DNA of 64,000 nucleotides from positions 107,716 to 171,715 of the forward strand of contig JAHJTC010000014.1 of the NCBI GenBank assembly GCA_018830105.1. Reading direction: 5' to 3'. Positions within the stretch are counted from its first letter, which is position 1, and the number at the start of each line of letters is the position of its first letter. This stretch comes from Bacteroidota bacterium. GTDB lineage: Bacteria; Bacteroidota; Bacteroidia; Bacteroidales; F082. Position numbers and translations under genes: made by a program. Positions 48,308-57,294 of the stretch are shown in pieces. The notes below the pieces were generated by a model that saw only the letters and a program-made list of their open reading frames with translations, was not told the origin of the DNA and did not search any database.

Positions 48308-49657
48308 TTATTCTTTTTCTATAATCACTTCGTATTGAAGCTGATCATTGGTGTCGTAACAGTACACTTCCAGCTTTCGTTCAGATAAAGGGCCGCTAAC
48401 TTTTATCAGCCCAAAATTTCTGTCTGTATAAACTTTGCCCAGCACTCGGAAAGAATTATCCCATTCGTGTCCCCTTTTATTAGGGCCTGCACTCATTGTC
48501 GAAAAAGTCAAGTCCCAAATTGTAGGACAGTCTGCTTCTGCATATTTGCTGACTTCAGAGAAATGTACATCCCCAGTGATGAACACAACATTTTTTAGGT
48601 GATGCTTTTTGATAAAATCAATAATTTTTAATCTTTCATCATTAAATCCATTGGCAGAATAAGTTTCATACAAACCTACATCGCTTAAAAATTGTCCGCC
48701 AAGTGCAATAATTTTGAAACTGGCCTGGGAGGCGAGAAGGTTATCAAAAAGCCATTCTAATTGTTTTTGGCCCAAGATAGTTTTGTCTTCTTTTTCAAGG
48801 CCGTTAGCATCACGATACCACCTGTTATCAAGCAAGAAAAAATCAAGATCAGCCCATTGAAAAGCTGTTATAGCACCCTCGATTCCATGTACCCCTGTTG
48901 TTGGGTTTGCCCAAAACAAATCAAATGCTTCATGAGTTAAATGCTTGTTTATAAATCCTTTATCGCTGTTATTAGGGCCGTAATCATGATCGTCCCAAAT
49001 GGCGTAATTACTTCTGGAACCTAATAATTCCTGCATTTCAGCGATGGAGCGGGTGTGCGTGTAACGATTTTGAATACCTGTTTTGGTGTTCCAATCGGGC
49101 TCGCGCAGGTAAACATTATCGCCCAGCCAAAGCATAAACTCTGTATCATGTCCTGCCATATTCTCAAAAATCTGGTATTCTCCGCCATAAGGATCTCCCG
49201 GCCTGTCGTGTTCCGTTTGATTGATGTAGGCACAACTTCCGGTTAGAAAACTAAAATCAGGCGCATCTCCGCGCCATTTCCAAATTTCTTGAGTCTCGAA
49301 CTGAGTAGGATAGGGGAGTTTGATAAATTCTCCGTTGATCAGCAGCCTGTAAATGTAAGTCTTTCCTGGTTCAACTTTGTCGGCAATTAATTTTGCCGTA
49401 AAGGCTTCTTCAGGAGATGTGGTTTTTTCTGCCGTGAGCATCAGGTTTTGCTCCTTGCCTGGCTCGTGATATGCAAATTGAACTTTTGCTGATTTGGATG
49501 TTTGAACCCAAAGCATTACTTCCTGCATATCCGCATAACCAACCATTGGTCCCGACTGGAGCAATCCTGCTTGTTGACCAGATACAGAAATTGCAATGAG
49601 CAGCAAACTGCCGAAGATAAGAGATTTGAGGTTTTTTGCAATCATTAGTGCTTTCAT
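48308..49657 (-). CDS. PhoD-like alkaline phosphatase / phosphodiesterase
   Basis: 449 aa. Signal peptide and metallophosphatase motifs (WLGDNVY, WDDHDYGPNN, ITGDVHFSE). Confidence 0.85.
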   Translation of the reverse strand: MKALMIAKNLKSLIFGSLLLIAISVSGQQAGLLQSGPMVGYADMQEVMLWVQTSKSAKVQFAYHEPGKEQNLMLTAEKTTSPEEAFTAKLIADKVEPGKTYIYRLLINGEFIKLPYPTQFETQEIWKWRGDAPDFSFLTGSCAYINQTEHDRPGDPYGGEYQIFENMAGHDTEFMLWLGDNVYLREPDWNTKTGIQNRYTHTRSIAEMQELLGSRSNYAIWDDHDYGPNNSDKGFINKHLTHEAFDLFWANPTTGVHGIEGAITAFQWADLDFFLLDNRWYRDANGLEKEDKTILGQKQLEWLFDNLLASQASFKIIALGGQFLSDVGLYETYSANGFNDERLKIIDFIKKHHLKNVVFITGDVHFSEVSKYAEADCPTIWDLTFSTMSAGPNKRGHEWDNSFRVLGKVYTDRNFGLIKVSGPLSERKLEVYCYDTNDQLQYEVIIEKE

Positions 49658-50874
49658 TTTAAAATTTCTTTGATACTGTCAAAGCTTCCATCAACAGGAG
49701 CAGGTTCAATATTTAAAATATGCGCCATTAATGGATATAAATGAATATTTTGAAAGGGTTTCACTTCAATATTTTCCTTGAATGAAGGACCGGTAGCGTA
49801 AAAAATGGCATGAACATCAGTATTTCTGGTATCGTAACCATGTGTTCCTTTTGCATTGTTCACAGTCCACGACCAGAATAAACTCCAGCCATCCTCAGCT
49901 AAAAGCGTCATATCATGAGTTCTGGGATGCGTGCCGTGGTTTAGGTGTGCAGGGGCTTCGCCATGTTTCCATACACGCAAATGGGGCACTTTTGAAAATA
50001 TACTATAAACACTGTCTTCGAACCCATCTTTCACAATGAGGTTCATTGTTGGATTCCAGCCATCTATTAGCTTGATCATGCTGGTGTCAACATACTGATC
50101 AAGAATAATCCTTCTATCTGACGAAAGGCTAGCCATTCCATGATCCGAAACAACGATAAAATCAACTTGATCTGCATTTGGGAGCTTAGCCAGTTTGGCT
50201 CTGAAAACGCCTACTAAGCTATCCATCCGGTGAATTACAGGCTGCAGGCTGTCATTTTCCGGTCCAAAGTGATGACCACTTGAATCGGGTTCGTCAAAGT
50301 ACCACATAATCAGCCGTGGGCGTTCTTCTTCAGGAAGTTGCAACCAGGCTATAACAGTATCAATTCTTTGCTCATAGGGAAATCCGTGGTCGTATTTTTT
50401 CCAGATGGAGGGTCTGATTCCTTTTACGTCTGCTTCGCTTCCAACCCAGAAAAATGTAGCCGTTTTGACGTCTTGTTTTTCTGCAGTAACCCAAATAGGT
50501 TCGCCGCCATAGAATTTCCCTTCTTCTACAGTACTTCGTTTTCCAGGTTCGTTATAGGTTTCATCAAGTATCGGGTCGTAAAACCTGTTTACTAAAATGC
50601 CATGATGATCCGGGTATAATCCGGTGGCCATAGTGTAGTGATTGGCAAAAGTAGTGGAAGGAAAACTGGGTATCATGCTTTCAGCTTTTACTCCTTCGCT
50701 AGCAATTTGTTCCAAATTTGGAGCTCCAAAACGATCGGAATAATCCCAACGGAAACCATCGAGTGACAAAACAACAAGAATGCGTTCATCGTTTTTATTT
50801 TCTTGACTGATTTGGGTACAACTGATAAGACCTGTGAGGCTGATAAACAGTGCAAAAAACAATACTTTCTTCAT
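49654..50874 (-). CDS. ectonucleotide pyrophosphatase/phosphodiesterase (NPP, alkaline-phosphatase superfamily) lipoprotein
   Basis: 406 aa with SLDGFRWDY, PSFPSTTFANHYTMATGLYPDHHGI (nucleophile Thr), SDHGM and GTHGYD motifs. Confidence 0.88.
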   Translation of the reverse strand: MKKVLFFALFISLTGLISCTQISQENKNDERILVVLSLDGFRWDYSDRFGAPNLEQIASEGVKAESMIPSFPSTTFANHYTMATGLYPDHHGILVNRFYDPILDETYNEPGKRSTVEEGKFYGGEPIWVTAEKQDVKTATFFWVGSEADVKGIRPSIWKKYDHGFPYEQRIDTVIAWLQLPEEERPRLIMWYFDEPDSSGHHFGPENDSLQPVIHRMDSLVGVFRAKLAKLPNADQVDFIVVSDHGMASLSSDRRIILDQYVDTSMIKLIDGWNPTMNLIVKDGFEDSVYSIFSKVPHLRVWKHGEAPAHLNHGTHPRTHDMTLLAEDGWSLFWSWTVNNAKGTHGYDTRNTDVHAIFYATGPSFKENIEVKPFQNIHLYPLMAHILNIEPAPVDGSFDSIKEILK

Positions 50875-50908
50875 AAGTTATCTGTGGTTAATTTTCTTAC
50901 GAAAATAC

Positions 50909-50941
50909 AAAAAAAAGAGGCCCGAAACCGAGCCTCTTTTT
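50909..50941 (-). terminator. intrinsic terminator between the Oar-like receptor and the NPP gene
   Basis: Minus strand reads AGAGGC-TCGGTTTCGG-GCCTCT followed by T8. Confidence 0.7.
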
Positions 50942-50962
50942 AAGAATAGTTTAAACTTAAGT

Positions 50963-53900
50963 TTAGTTAAAGATGTATCTGATACCAATCTGACCAGTCC
51001 AACGTGAACCATAGATACCAACATCGCTTACATTGTAAACTTCTTCAACATCAGCAGGACCGCTGTAGCTAAAGGTTGCTTTACCATCTGCATCAGTGCC
51101 TTCATAGTCAACAAGCTGAAGTGCATCGTTTGTGATATAACGACGGATACCCCATTCTGGGTTGAGCAGGTTAGTGAAGTTGAAGATATCCAAAGTCAAC
51201 TGCAGAGTATGACGTTTACCGGCTGCATTGATATAGAAATCCTGAATAAGTTTCAAGTCGATCACGCTTTCGAAAGGAAGACGACTTCCGTTTCTTACTG
51301 CATAGTCGCCACGGTTTTCGCTGAGGTATTTATCACTTTCGATAAAGCTATTCAAATCAGCCCATTGCTGCGCTGCAGTCTTCGTTACATTACCATCATC
51401 ATCAACCAGGTTGATAAGGTTGATTTGACTTTCATTTGCAGGAATCCAGATCAGGTTACCGGCGTTTTCGCCTTCCCCATTCATATTACCACGGTCGTTA
51501 TACACGTATGAATAACGTTGTCCACTTTGTCCGTTGTAAACAAGACTCAAAGTAGTTGCGAAATTATTGGCATACTCTAAGCGATAGGAAAGGAAAGCCA
51601 GCACGCGGCTGCCCAAATCAAAGTCTGAATAGCTACGATCAAGGTGATTCAATCCGCGAACGTTTTCCATGTAACGCCACTGTGAACTGTTTTGTGAAGA
51701 TGTACCATCATTCAATGAAGTAGCACGTCCGAAGGTGTAAGCAAAAGTACCACTAATTCCTTTGCTGATTGGTTTAGTTACCTGAGCAGTAAGGTTATAG
51801 GTGTATCCTTCACTTGTATTTGTTCCGTAAATGATACGGGTATAATTACCCTCAATACGTTCTCCTGGATAATATGGACGTTGGTCAGGGCCATTATTTA
51901 CAGTAGTACCATATGCCGGTTTTTGATTCACGTCATAGTAAAGAACATTATTGATATTTTTGGTGTAGATTGCTTCAACTGATCCGACCAAACCCCACCA
52001 AGGTAGTTTGTGGTCAAGGCCAAGGCTTGTTCTGAGTACCTGAGGATTTTTAAAGTCTTTGGCAAACAAATCAACCTGTCCGCTTGGGATAGCATCTGCC
52101 TGACCAAAATCTGTAGCAGTGTATTGATTGTCCCATTCAGGTCTGAAATCAACATCACCTCTGTAATAAACACCACCAACAGTTACACCATTATTGGTAT
52201 AGGAACCGCCGGGCCAAACCAATGGCAATCGGCTGGTAAACAGTCCAATACCACCACGAACCTGTGTAGTTTGATCACCATTAACATCCCAGTTGAAACC
52301 AAGACGTGGGTTAACACTTACATAAGCTTTTGGCATTTCACCAATTTTGGCGTCTTTCAGGTCATAGCCATAAGATTCGATCAAAGGTATGGTGTTGTTG
52401 TTGAAATCATCCCATACAGCCTGGTTGCTTCCTGCATTTGGAGTATCGAGGTATTGAGGAACATCGAAACGTAAACCTGCTGTCAGTTTGAAGTTGTCAG
52501 TCAATTGCCAATCATCCTGAATATAAAAACCGTACTGCATTGTTCTGAAGTCTGCAGCAGCAGCGGAACCATCACCAACAATATTATCAACTAGTGAATA
52601 GCCTCTTTCGTACTGGAAGGCAGGAGCACCAGTCATAAAGTCATTAAGTGAATTGAAACGGTATTCGCCAAATGCTTTACGCATAAAGAGGTTGTAAGTT
52701 TTTCCGTATTCAATATTAATGCCGAATGTTACAGTATGCGCACCTTTGTAAATGGTGAAATTGTCATTGATTGTTAAAATGTCCTGATCAAGCTGGTTTC
52801 CTGTTGAATAAGGCTCTGATCCTGCATTAATCGTTCCTGCACCATCATAAATGATCAAATTCGGGAATTTGTCACCCATCTGGTCGCGCTGGTCGCGTAC
52901 AGTCGTGTAACCAATTATCAGGTTATTGGACATGGTATTCCAGTTACTTTTCAACTCAAGAGCAGAAGAGTTTGTTGTACTAGGAAAGAAAACACCTCTG
53001 TTATAGTAATTGATTGATCTGCTGGAAGAGCGACTGGGGCCAATAGAAGTACTTTTGGTGTACGAATGGCGCAGTGTCAATTTATGATTCTGGCTGATAT
53101 TCAGGTCGAAACGAGCAAGAAATTTATCACTGTTCAACTCAGCTGTATTATTAAGAAAACCACCTGGATCATATCCGTACGTACCAAGTTTAGCTGAGAA
53201 GGCTTCCAACTCTGCTTGGGTTGAGTTTCCTGTGTAGTCAGCAAAACTGAATGGCTGCGGTGTTTCATCACGTTGGAATTCAGCATTCAGGAAGAAGAAG
53301 AGTTTGTTTTTGATGATGGGGCCGCCAATACGCATACCATAAGTTTTGGCAGTGAATTCATCCAGTTTGGTTCTGTCTTCTACACCTTCACCAGGAGTTT
53401 TTCCGGCCAGGCTTTCATTGCGATAAAGCAGATATGCTGAGCCTTCAAATTCGTTTGTGCCACGACGTGTTACAGCATTGATGCTGGCTCCGGCAAATCC
53501 ACCCTGACGAACATCGTAAGGAGCAATAACGATCTGAAACTGGTCGATAGCATCCAAACTGATTGGTGTGCCACCAGTTTGACCGCCGTTTGTTCCTGAT
53601 GCAGCCAAGCCAAATACGTCGTTGTTCACAGCACCGTCAAACGAAATGGCATTGTAGCGGTTGTTGATACCGGCTACTGTAATTGCTCCTGTACCACCAC
53701 TAACGCTGGCTTGAGGTGTTAAACGCACAAAATCGCCAATTGAACGGCTGAGTGTTGGCAACTTGCCAATTTCGGCATTACTTACATAAGTTTCTGCACC
53801 TGTACGGTTACCATCGAAGATGTCGTTCAGGGAAGCTACTACTTCCACATCGGCAAGTGTGATGGCTGATTCGCTGAGCTTTACATCAAGTTTTAAAGTC

Positions 53901-54208
53901 TGACCAAGTGTGAGGAAAATATCATCCTTCACATAAGGTTGAAAACCAACAAATGAAACAGTTACTTTGTAAGGACCACCAACGTTCATGTTCGGGATCC
54001 TATAATAACCGCTTGCATCCGTTACGGTTCCAAACTGAGTTCCTGTAGGCATATCAACTACCACAACGGTAGCTCCTGGAAGCGTTTCTCCACTGGCATC
54101 ATGCACTCTTCCATTCATACCGGAAGTTGTTGTTCCTTGTGCATAAATGTTCTGCCAACCGAAAATCATCATTGCTGCTAAAAAGCTGATGAGTAGGTTT
54201 TTTTTCAT
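50963..54208 (-). CDS. Oar-like TonB-dependent receptor with CarboxypepD_reg N-terminal domain
   Basis: 1081 aa. Signal peptide, GRVHDASGETLPGATVVVVD..GYYRIPN (carboxypeptidase regulatory-like fold), plug and long barrel, ending in RYIFN. No SusD-like partner. Confidence 0.9.
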   Translation of the reverse strand: MKKNLLISFLAAMMIFGWQNIYAQGTTTSGMNGRVHDASGETLPGATVVVVDMPTGTQFGTVTDASGYYRIPNMNVGGPYKVTVSFVGFQPYVKDDIFLTLGQTLKLDVKLSESAITLADVEVVASLNDIFDGNRTGAETYVSNAEIGKLPTLSRSIGDFVRLTPQASVSGGTGAITVAGINNRYNAISFDGAVNNDVFGLAASGTNGGQTGGTPISLDAIDQFQIVIAPYDVRQGGFAGASINAVTRRGTNEFEGSAYLLYRNESLAGKTPGEGVEDRTKLDEFTAKTYGMRIGGPIIKNKLFFFLNAEFQRDETPQPFSFADYTGNSTQAELEAFSAKLGTYGYDPGGFLNNTAELNSDKFLARFDLNISQNHKLTLRHSYTKSTSIGPSRSSSRSINYYNRGVFFPSTTNSSALELKSNWNTMSNNLIIGYTTVRDQRDQMGDKFPNLIIYDGAGTINAGSEPYSTGNQLDQDILTINDNFTIYKGAHTVTFGINIEYGKTYNLFMRKAFGEYRFNSLNDFMTGAPAFQYERGYSLVDNIVGDGSAAAADFRTMQYGFYIQDDWQLTDNFKLTAGLRFDVPQYLDTPNAGSNQAVWDDFNNNTIPLIESYGYDLKDAKIGEMPKAYVSVNPRLGFNWDVNGDQTTQVRGGIGLFTSRLPLVWPGGSYTNNGVTVGGVYYRGDVDFRPEWDNQYTATDFGQADAIPSGQVDLFAKDFKNPQVLRTSLGLDHKLPWWGLVGSVEAIYTKNINNVLYYDVNQKPAYGTTVNNGPDQRPYYPGERIEGNYTRIIYGTNTSEGYTYNLTAQVTKPISKGISGTFAYTFGRATSLNDGTSSQNSSQWRYMENVRGLNHLDRSYSDFDLGSRVLAFLSYRLEYANNFATTLSLVYNGQSGQRYSYVYNDRGNMNGEGENAGNLIWIPANESQINLINLVDDDGNVTKTAAQQWADLNSFIESDKYLSENRGDYAVRNGSRLPFESVIDLKLIQDFYINAAGKRHTLQLTLDIFNFTNLLNPEWGIRRYITNDALQLVDYEGTDADGKATFSYSGPADVEEVYNVSDVGIYGSRWTGQIGIRYIFN

Positions 54209-54247
54209 AGGTTTTAAAGTTTGATTAATGGGTTTTTTTTAACAGTT

Positions 54248-54296
54248 CAAAAGTAAATTATTGTGGGTAGCTTTAGTTTAATTAATTGTTAACAAT
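54248..54296 (-). promoter_or_regulatory. candidate -7 box (TACTTTTG on minus, 54248-54255) with upstream palindrome ATTGTTAACAAT (54285-54296)
   Basis: Read directly from the sequence. The box lies 40 nt upstream of the receptor ATG (54208). Extra TGTTAA half-sites lie further upstream in the 54300-54350 region. Confidence 0.3.
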
Positions 54297-54402
54297 ATTT
54301 CACGTTTTTTCACAATAAGTGTTAAAATAATTGTTAATCAGTTTATTAGGTTTTTTAAATTGTTGAAAACTTATTTCTAGGGGCCTGATTCTATGTTGTT
54401 TG

Positions 54403-56967
54403 TCAAAATCTATACCTTATTCCCATGTCAAATGTGCGGCCAAAAGACCAAAATCCTCTAAAATCTTCTAAATTATGCTGAGTTCCATCCTCACCTTTAA
54501 TGATGTAGGTGTCGTCCAACAGATTATTGCAGTTTACATACAATGTTACTAATTGTTTGTTCAGGGGGTAATTAAATGAGAGGTGCATATTGATCAAAGT
54601 GCTTGATGGTATGCGATAGCTCTGATTTCTATCGGTTTCATCCTGACGACCGGAGGGGTCAAAATCTGCATAATGCTGATCGGAATAAGTGGCGTTAATC
54701 GCTAAATTGAAAAAATCCAGCAGAATAAAATCTGCAAAAACGGCTGTTTGAAACTGGGGTTGTCCGCCAACTTTCAATCCGTTGGCAAACACGCTTACTG
54801 TGTCCACTGCAACATCAAGGTGATTAAATAAGGTAGCCTGAACATCATTTTTCCATTTCCAATCGCCCGAAGTAATGAAAAAACCTGCTTTAAAATTTCT
54901 TGATATTTTGGTGTTGGCTTCCAATTCAATTCCGCGGTGTAAAGCATTTAACCCTTTTACCATGGCGCGACTTTGCTGGTCGTTCTCCAACTGCACGTAT
55001 TCGTTCGACAAAAATGAAACATCTTCCCAAAGGGTATAATATCCATTTATATTTACCGAAAATTGCTCATTGCGGAAGCCGTATCCAGTTTCAATACTGC
55101 TGACCTTTTCGTTTTTCGGGTCTTTGACAGGTGTATTGCTGAAGTTTCCAAAAACGAACTTATAATAAGGTGCCTTGCTAAAATGGCCCGCATTGAAGTA
55201 AAAATGTTGTTTTTCGTCTAAATTGAAATTGAGCCCTCCTTTTATGTCGAACCCACTGATGCCAACCCACTCACTCCACTTATTATTTGGGTAATTGTAA
55301 CTGTCATGTCTTTTGTATTGGTTCTCAGAAAGGGTTCCGCCAGCAAAAAAAGTAAATGCTCCGGTTTTATATTCCCATTGGGCAAACAAGCTACTTTGGT
55401 GCAAAAGGGCTCCATTATTTATTCTGATCAAATCTCCGGGCATTTTAACTTGTTCACGGCCAGCTACTCCTGCTGCCGACCAACTGAAATCGTCTAAATA
55501 AAAATTTCCTCCCAACAGATCATCAACACGCTGCGTAAGACTGCTTTGAAAATAGCGGTAATGGAGACCGGCAGTGATTTTTTGATTTTGTGTTAAATTG
55601 ATTTCGGCCGAGCTCATTACACCTCCCCACATATGACTGGCCAAAAAGTTGGTTTGCACCAATTTGGAGTAACCAGTTACGGTTTCGCCATTGGCTAGGG
55701 TATAGGAGTCAGTGTTTTGTGCATTGTAGTTGTAGATCGACTCCCAATCAATTTGTCCTGAAGGATTCCGGAAATCAAATACGCCAGGCCCATAGTTGAA
55801 GCTGTCGCTCCATTTTCCGCCTCCCCATCCCGGCGAGAGATAAGCGGCAGATGAAAGCAAAACTTTGTCGCTGATATCCCAATAGTGGTTTATGGAGAAA
55901 TGGGGTTTGTGATAAAAGTTCTCTGAAGCATTTTTAATTTGCCCGTTATAACTGCCCCAGTCTTTGTTAAACTTAGTGCCATGAAGGCTAATATCTTGTT
56001 CGCTGAGCTTCAAATTTCGTTGACCATGCCGCTCCGGGCCTCCCAACAAACTAAGTACGATCCTCTGATTCTTGCCAATTTCGCGCGCAGCACTTATAAA
56101 ATAGGCCCAGGCATCAACATAGGTAGCATCAATATAGCCCTCGCCTTTTAGTCGCGATCCCAGCAGTGAAATACTCCAGCCGTTTTCCATTCTGCCTGTT
56201 TGATAGGCGAAAGTGAGCTTTTGGTTGCCATAACTTGTTGTAGAAACACTTAAAAAACCAGCCTTTTTAGGATATGCCAGATTGGTTAAAATATTTACGG
56301 TGCCACCCACTGAATTTAGTGCAACTTTTGAAGCACCTATACCTCTTTGGACCTGAATACCTGCGGTTGCTTCGGTGAGTCCAAGCCAGTTATTCCAATA
56401 GATTAAACCGTTTTCGGCGCCGTTGATCGGCACTCCATTTAATAGAACGGCAATATTTTCTTGTTTAAAACCACGAATAGATAAACTGGCATCGCCCGAA
56501 CCGCCTCCATCCCGGCTGGCAAAAACACCGGGAATACGATCCATGATGGCAGGAAATGGCTTGTCGCCCAGTTGTGTACTGATTTTCTCAGCATCTATCT
56601 TGTTAAAAGATAATGGATTATACCTTTCCTGAGCGATATCAGCAAGTATGCTGACCTCCTGCAAATTGATATTTTGGGGTTTTAACTGGATCTGGATCGG
56701 AAAATCAGTGTCTTGATTTATGGCTATTTCAGCTTGCTCAAATCCAAGATGCGTGATAAGAAGTGTTGCTGGTAATTTTGCGTTTTCAAGCTTGAAATAG
56801 CCTTGAAAATCTGTACTAACTCCCACCGCTTGACTACTGATGTTGACGTTTACAAAAGGCAAAGACTCGCCGGTGTTTTGGTGCGTAATAAATCCATCAA
56901 TTTGATGCTGTGCCGTGGCGGTTCCCAACCCGAAAAGAACAAATAGTAAAAAACAAACTGTTTTCAT
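54403..56967 (-). CDS. TonB-dependent receptor with CarboxypepD_reg-like N-terminal domain, FMN-riboswitch controlled
   Basis: MKTVCFLLFVLFGLGTATA signal peptide, GFITHQNTGESLPFVNVNI, plug (GGSGDASLSIRGF), and a barrel ending in IRYRF. The start is moved to 56967 because the tracked 5' extension covers the riboswitch terminator. Confidence 0.9.
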   Translation of the reverse strand: MKTVCFLLFVLFGLGTATAQHQIDGFITHQNTGESLPFVNVNISSQAVGVSTDFQGYFKLENAKLPATLLITHLGFEQAEIAINQDTDFPIQIQLKPQNINLQEVSILADIAQERYNPLSFNKIDAEKISTQLGDKPFPAIMDRIPGVFASRDGGGSGDASLSIRGFKQENIAVLLNGVPINGAENGLIYWNNWLGLTEATAGIQVQRGIGASKVALNSVGGTVNILTNLAYPKKAGFLSVSTTSYGNQKLTFAYQTGRMENGWSISLLGSRLKGEGYIDATYVDAWAYFISAAREIGKNQRIVLSLLGGPERHGQRNLKLSEQDISLHGTKFNKDWGSYNGQIKNASENFYHKPHFSINHYWDISDKVLLSSAAYLSPGWGGGKWSDSFNYGPGVFDFRNPSGQIDWESIYNYNAQNTDSYTLANGETVTGYSKLVQTNFLASHMWGGVMSSAEINLTQNQKITAGLHYRYFQSSLTQRVDDLLGGNFYLDDFSWSAAGVAGREQVKMPGDLIRINNGALLHQSSLFAQWEYKTGAFTFFAGGTLSENQYKRHDSYNYPNNKWSEWVGISGFDIKGGLNFNLDEKQHFYFNAGHFSKAPYYKFVFGNFSNTPVKDPKNEKVSSIETGYGFRNEQFSVNINGYYTLWEDVSFLSNEYVQLENDQQSRAMVKGLNALHRGIELEANTKISRNFKAGFFITSGDWKWKNDVQATLFNHLDVAVDTVSVFANGLKVGGQPQFQTAVFADFILLDFFNLAINATYSDQHYADFDPSGRQDETDRNQSYRIPSSTLINMHLSFNYPLNKQLVTLYVNCNNLLDDTYIIKGEDGTQHNLEDFRGFWSFGRTFDMGIRYRF

Positions 56968-56982
56968 AATGATGATTTGTTT

Positions 56983-57014
56983 AAAATAAAAAACCCCGCA
57001 ATAAACTACGGGGC
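56983..57014 (-). terminator. expression-platform terminator of the FMN riboswitch
   Basis: Minus strand reads UGCCCCG-UAGUUUAUUG-CGGGGU followed by UUUUUAUUUU. It ends about 15 nt before the receptor ATG. Confidence 0.7.
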
Positions 57015-57101
57015 ATATTACTTTAAACAAAATACATTACAATAATACCAATGATATCCATAGCAAACTACTATAGACTCAAGCATTATAATGCATGATG
57101 T

Positions 57102-57220
57102 TATTCTCCTCCCATCCAGACTATAACTGTCGGTAACGTAATTGAAACGTTTCAATCCTGCATTTGCAGGACTCGCGGACTTTACCGCCGATCGGGAATT
57201 TCACCCTGCCCCGAAGAATA
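57102..57220 (-). promoter_or_regulatory. FMN riboswitch (RFN element) aptamer
   Basis: Minus strand reads UAUUCUUCGGGGCAGGGUGAAAUUCCCGAUCGGCGGUAAAGUCCGCGAGUCCUGCAAAUGCAGGAUUGAAACGUUUCAAUUACGUUACCGACAGUUAUAGUCUGGAUGGGAGGAGAAUA. It is near-identical to the conserved RFN cores of the B. subtilis ribD leader (CUUCGGGGCAGGGUGAAAUUCCCGACCGGCGGUA ... GCCGACAGU..AAGUCUGGAUGGGAGAAG), with closing helix UAUUCUUC/GGAGAAUA. Confidence 0.92.
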
Positions 57221-57229
57221 ATTACGCGG

Positions 57230-57237
57230 CAAAAATA
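57230..57237 (-). promoter_or_regulatory. candidate -7 promoter box (TATTTTTG) for the riboswitch transcript
   Basis: Matches TAnnTTTG on the minus strand, 9 nt upstream of the P1 helix and downstream of the trxB-like stop (57295). Confidence 0.45.
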
Positions 57238-57294
57238 ATCCTTTTCCTAGAACAATTTGTTTGAATGGAATATTTAGAAATATTACAAATAAGC

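Noticed and set aside
56968-57030. 5' extension of the riboswitch-controlled receptor ORF (MFKVICPVVYCGVFYFKQIII)
   Set aside because: It covers the terminator stem and U-tract. The signal peptide begins at the ATG at 56967.
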